A stretch of DNA of 64,000 nucleotides from Balanoglossus misakiensis (taxonomy: Eukaryota > Animalia > Hemichordata). The DNA is taken from contig CM082577.2 in the NCBI GenBank assembly GCA_040954595.2, forward strand, positions 16,003,903-16,067,902, read 5' to 3'. Positions 61,604-64,000 of the stretch are shown here, in pieces (the first letter of the stretch is position 1; the number at the start of each line of letters is the position of its first letter). The position numbers and the translations under genes are program-made. The notes under the pieces are model-generated. The model was not told where the DNA came from. It searched no databases and saw nothing but the letters and a program-made list of their open reading frames with translations.

Positions 61604-62228
61604 TATTTAGATTTATACTTCGACGCAACAGGGAGTATAATTAAGAAGGTACCAGACAAGCACAGACCATTGTTATATTCACTTGTTGTGAAGAATAAAG
61701 ATCTTCCCCCAATATCTGTGGCTGATTATTTGTCTTGTGACCACACAATCCTTGCTATTTGCCACGATTTAATTAAGTTGTGTTGTGAGAGCAGGTGTGC
61801 TTCTACATAAAGATCGAATAACCCTCTGGAAAGAGGAAACAGTAGCAGTGTATGTGTTTCACAGTCAAGAGCGAAAAATATCAAAGCATGCCTTTGTATT
61901 TCTTTTGCTCAATATATTCCACTTGACAGGTCACAATTTTCGTAAATGGCCCACTAACCCCATATACTCCGGGCACGTAGGCCATCTGTATACAGTGCTT
62001 GAAGCTACTTACATGTGGTGTGTTTATATTATTTTTCAAAAATAATATTTAACTTGTTCACATCTGTTATTTTACATATTTTACGTGTTTTTCTAATTTT
62101 TACCTTGTGCATGTTTAGTACAATCTGGATTCAAAGGTATTCTTACGATGTAAATATTGACAGCCATTCCCTCTTCAACAGAAAAAAAAGGTCAGAAAAC
62201 AAAATGGTGTGCCTCAAAGAAAGGCATG

Positions 62229-62345
62229 TGGGCTATTTCTGCAATGCAAAACGCTGAACTGGCAGTATGAACCACCAATTTGTCTACTTGGAAAGCAGCC
62301 CAGATGTGTCACGTACCAACAACAACTCTCCAGAGAAGAGTCCAG
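62229..62345 (+). pseudogene. HTH-psq remnant (pogo-type transposase N-terminus)
   Basis: WAISAMQNAELAV*TTNLSTWKAAQMCHVPTTTLQRRV, translated by hand; not in the ORF track. Confidence 0.6.
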
Positions 62346-62860
62346 GATGGTATATAGTCGGCTGAAAATACGGTTTCACCCCCCCCCCAAAAAAAATGCA
62401 ACAAAAGGTTTCTCAACGGTTTTCTGTAGTATTGAATCTCCTTAATAACATATAAAAAGTCTACCAAAATCCGATGGCCGGAAATGTGTAATTTTTAAGG
62501 TTTTACCCAAGATGGCCGACGCATACGTAATTTTCCATATTTTAGTATATTCTAATTTTCTTCGTTTTGAAATATATTGTATATCAATGACTTTTTAATA
62601 CAATTATAGAGAAAAATTGGGTGTTCCTATGCAACTTTTTTTCAATAAGATGGTCTAAAACCTTGTAACAATGCTGAGTCAGCACTTTTCTGGCGCACTT
62701 CATGCTACAGCTTTCCTATGCTGAAAATATCTGAACAGATATCTCAAAATGAAGCGTGATGACATATTATGTTCTTTTCATCATTAAATAACACTTCAAA
62801 TAGAAAATGATAATATTAAAACGGTGTTTTCTCATAATTATGCATACAATGGTATGGTTA

Positions 62861-63003
62861 AGCAATAAAACACCCCCAGCCATGGTATACCACGAGATTT
62901 TGACCAGTTCACGACATATACGCACGAGCGATAGCGAGTGCGTATATGGAGTTGAACTGGTCAAAATCGAGTGGTATACCATGGCTGGGGGTGTTTTATT
63001 GCT
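62861..63003. repeat. ~143-bp near-perfect hairpin, probably the core of a non-autonomous palindromic element
   Basis: AGCAATAAAACACCCCCAGCCATGGTATACCAC ... GTGGTATACCATGGCTGGGGGTGTTTTATTGCT, centred on GCACGAGCGATAGCGAGTGC. Confidence 0.9.
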
Positions 63004-64000
63004 ATTATATTATGCCAGTATATTGAAACTTTGCATAAAACATTTTAAAAAGGCATTTTCTTTGACTATGATATATGACTGTGGTATATGGCTAATATAT
63101 CACGGTCACGTGTCGTGTCTCGACCAATCAAATAGCGTGATTTACACCATCAATATACTGGTATAATATAATATATGATAACCCATTGTCTGCTCGCACG
63201 GGTCATTGTTGGGAATGAGATCACTAAAAAGTGGTTGGAAAACCTATTTTAAGGATCTCATTCGAAGGGAAAGGCCTGGAAAAACTCATTACAGATGGGT
63301 TTACGATCAAATTAACCCATGTCCAAACCATCGATTGTGCTCCAGTTGTGTCGATAACTGGAAACCCTTCTCTCTAAAATTTACTGATTTACGAGGTCAG
63401 TATATGCTCCTCAGCTCTATTTGAAGTCAAAGAACTATTTTGGAAAGCCAACAAGCCCCAATTAACAAATCCAGAAGCTTAATTTTCAAAAAAGAATCAA
63501 ACAAATGTGCCATAGATTCTATCCTAACAGGTGATCACAATATCATTGACGGTGGTCCCCGGTTTTATTACTTGCCATGGAAAAGTGGTGGCAATTATTA
63601 CAATGGATAGTCATATACTAACTTTCCCATAAACCTTTATGATAAATCAACTGATCTAGGATGAACAATTAAGTATTTAAGGCAGGGGACTACTCAGATA
63701 TAGTGCATGATTATCATATCCCATTGTCTTACAAGATGTACAATTTTGAGAAAACACCGTTTTAATATTGTCATTTTCTATTTGAAGTGTTATTGCCATT
63801 TTTATGTTTTTTTACAAGTTCTCCATTAATTAGTTGCTTTTTACATTTTTACTTGAAATTGCATTTATTCTGCTTTCAACATCATTTCGGTATCTTAGTT
63901 AGTTATTTACTTGTATGTAAGGTCAATCAAATGTTATTTTGGCCCAATAGCATACTCCTTATGGTTTGTGTGTCTGGCCAAATTTCATAGTAGTTGTTTG

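Overview
This is eukaryotic DNA, not prokaryotic: AT-rich, intron-containing and transposon-dense. The repeat families suggest a marine invertebrate such as a mollusc (inference). No intact host gene is recognisable. Main contents, in order: (1) a ~14 kb minisatellite-like array of roughly 170 C2H2 zinc-finger units on the minus strand (84-bp unit), with higher-order duplications and propagated frameshifts; (2) an orphan Ty3/Gypsy-type gag ORF with an N-terminal ComEA-like helix-hairpin-helix domain, downstream of a 168-bp hairpin; (3) a CACTG-ended non-autonomous DNA element with a nested piggyBac-like element; (4) a complete intron-containing Zator transposon interrupted by a young Steamer-like Ty3/Gypsy LTR element (apparently identical 237-bp LTRs, 5-bp TSD); (5) a full-length Ngaro/DIRS tyrosine-recombinase retrotransposon inserted in a 21-bp minisatellite; (6) the 3' part of an env-bearing LTR element (class I/F-like fusion glycoprotein) abutting a decayed Tigger/pogo element; (7) MITEs, hairpins, microsatellites and captured gene fragments (cyclin box, NRF1-like, P2RX7-ballast-like, SWIM). 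All family calls come from motif recognition by eye; no database search was run.
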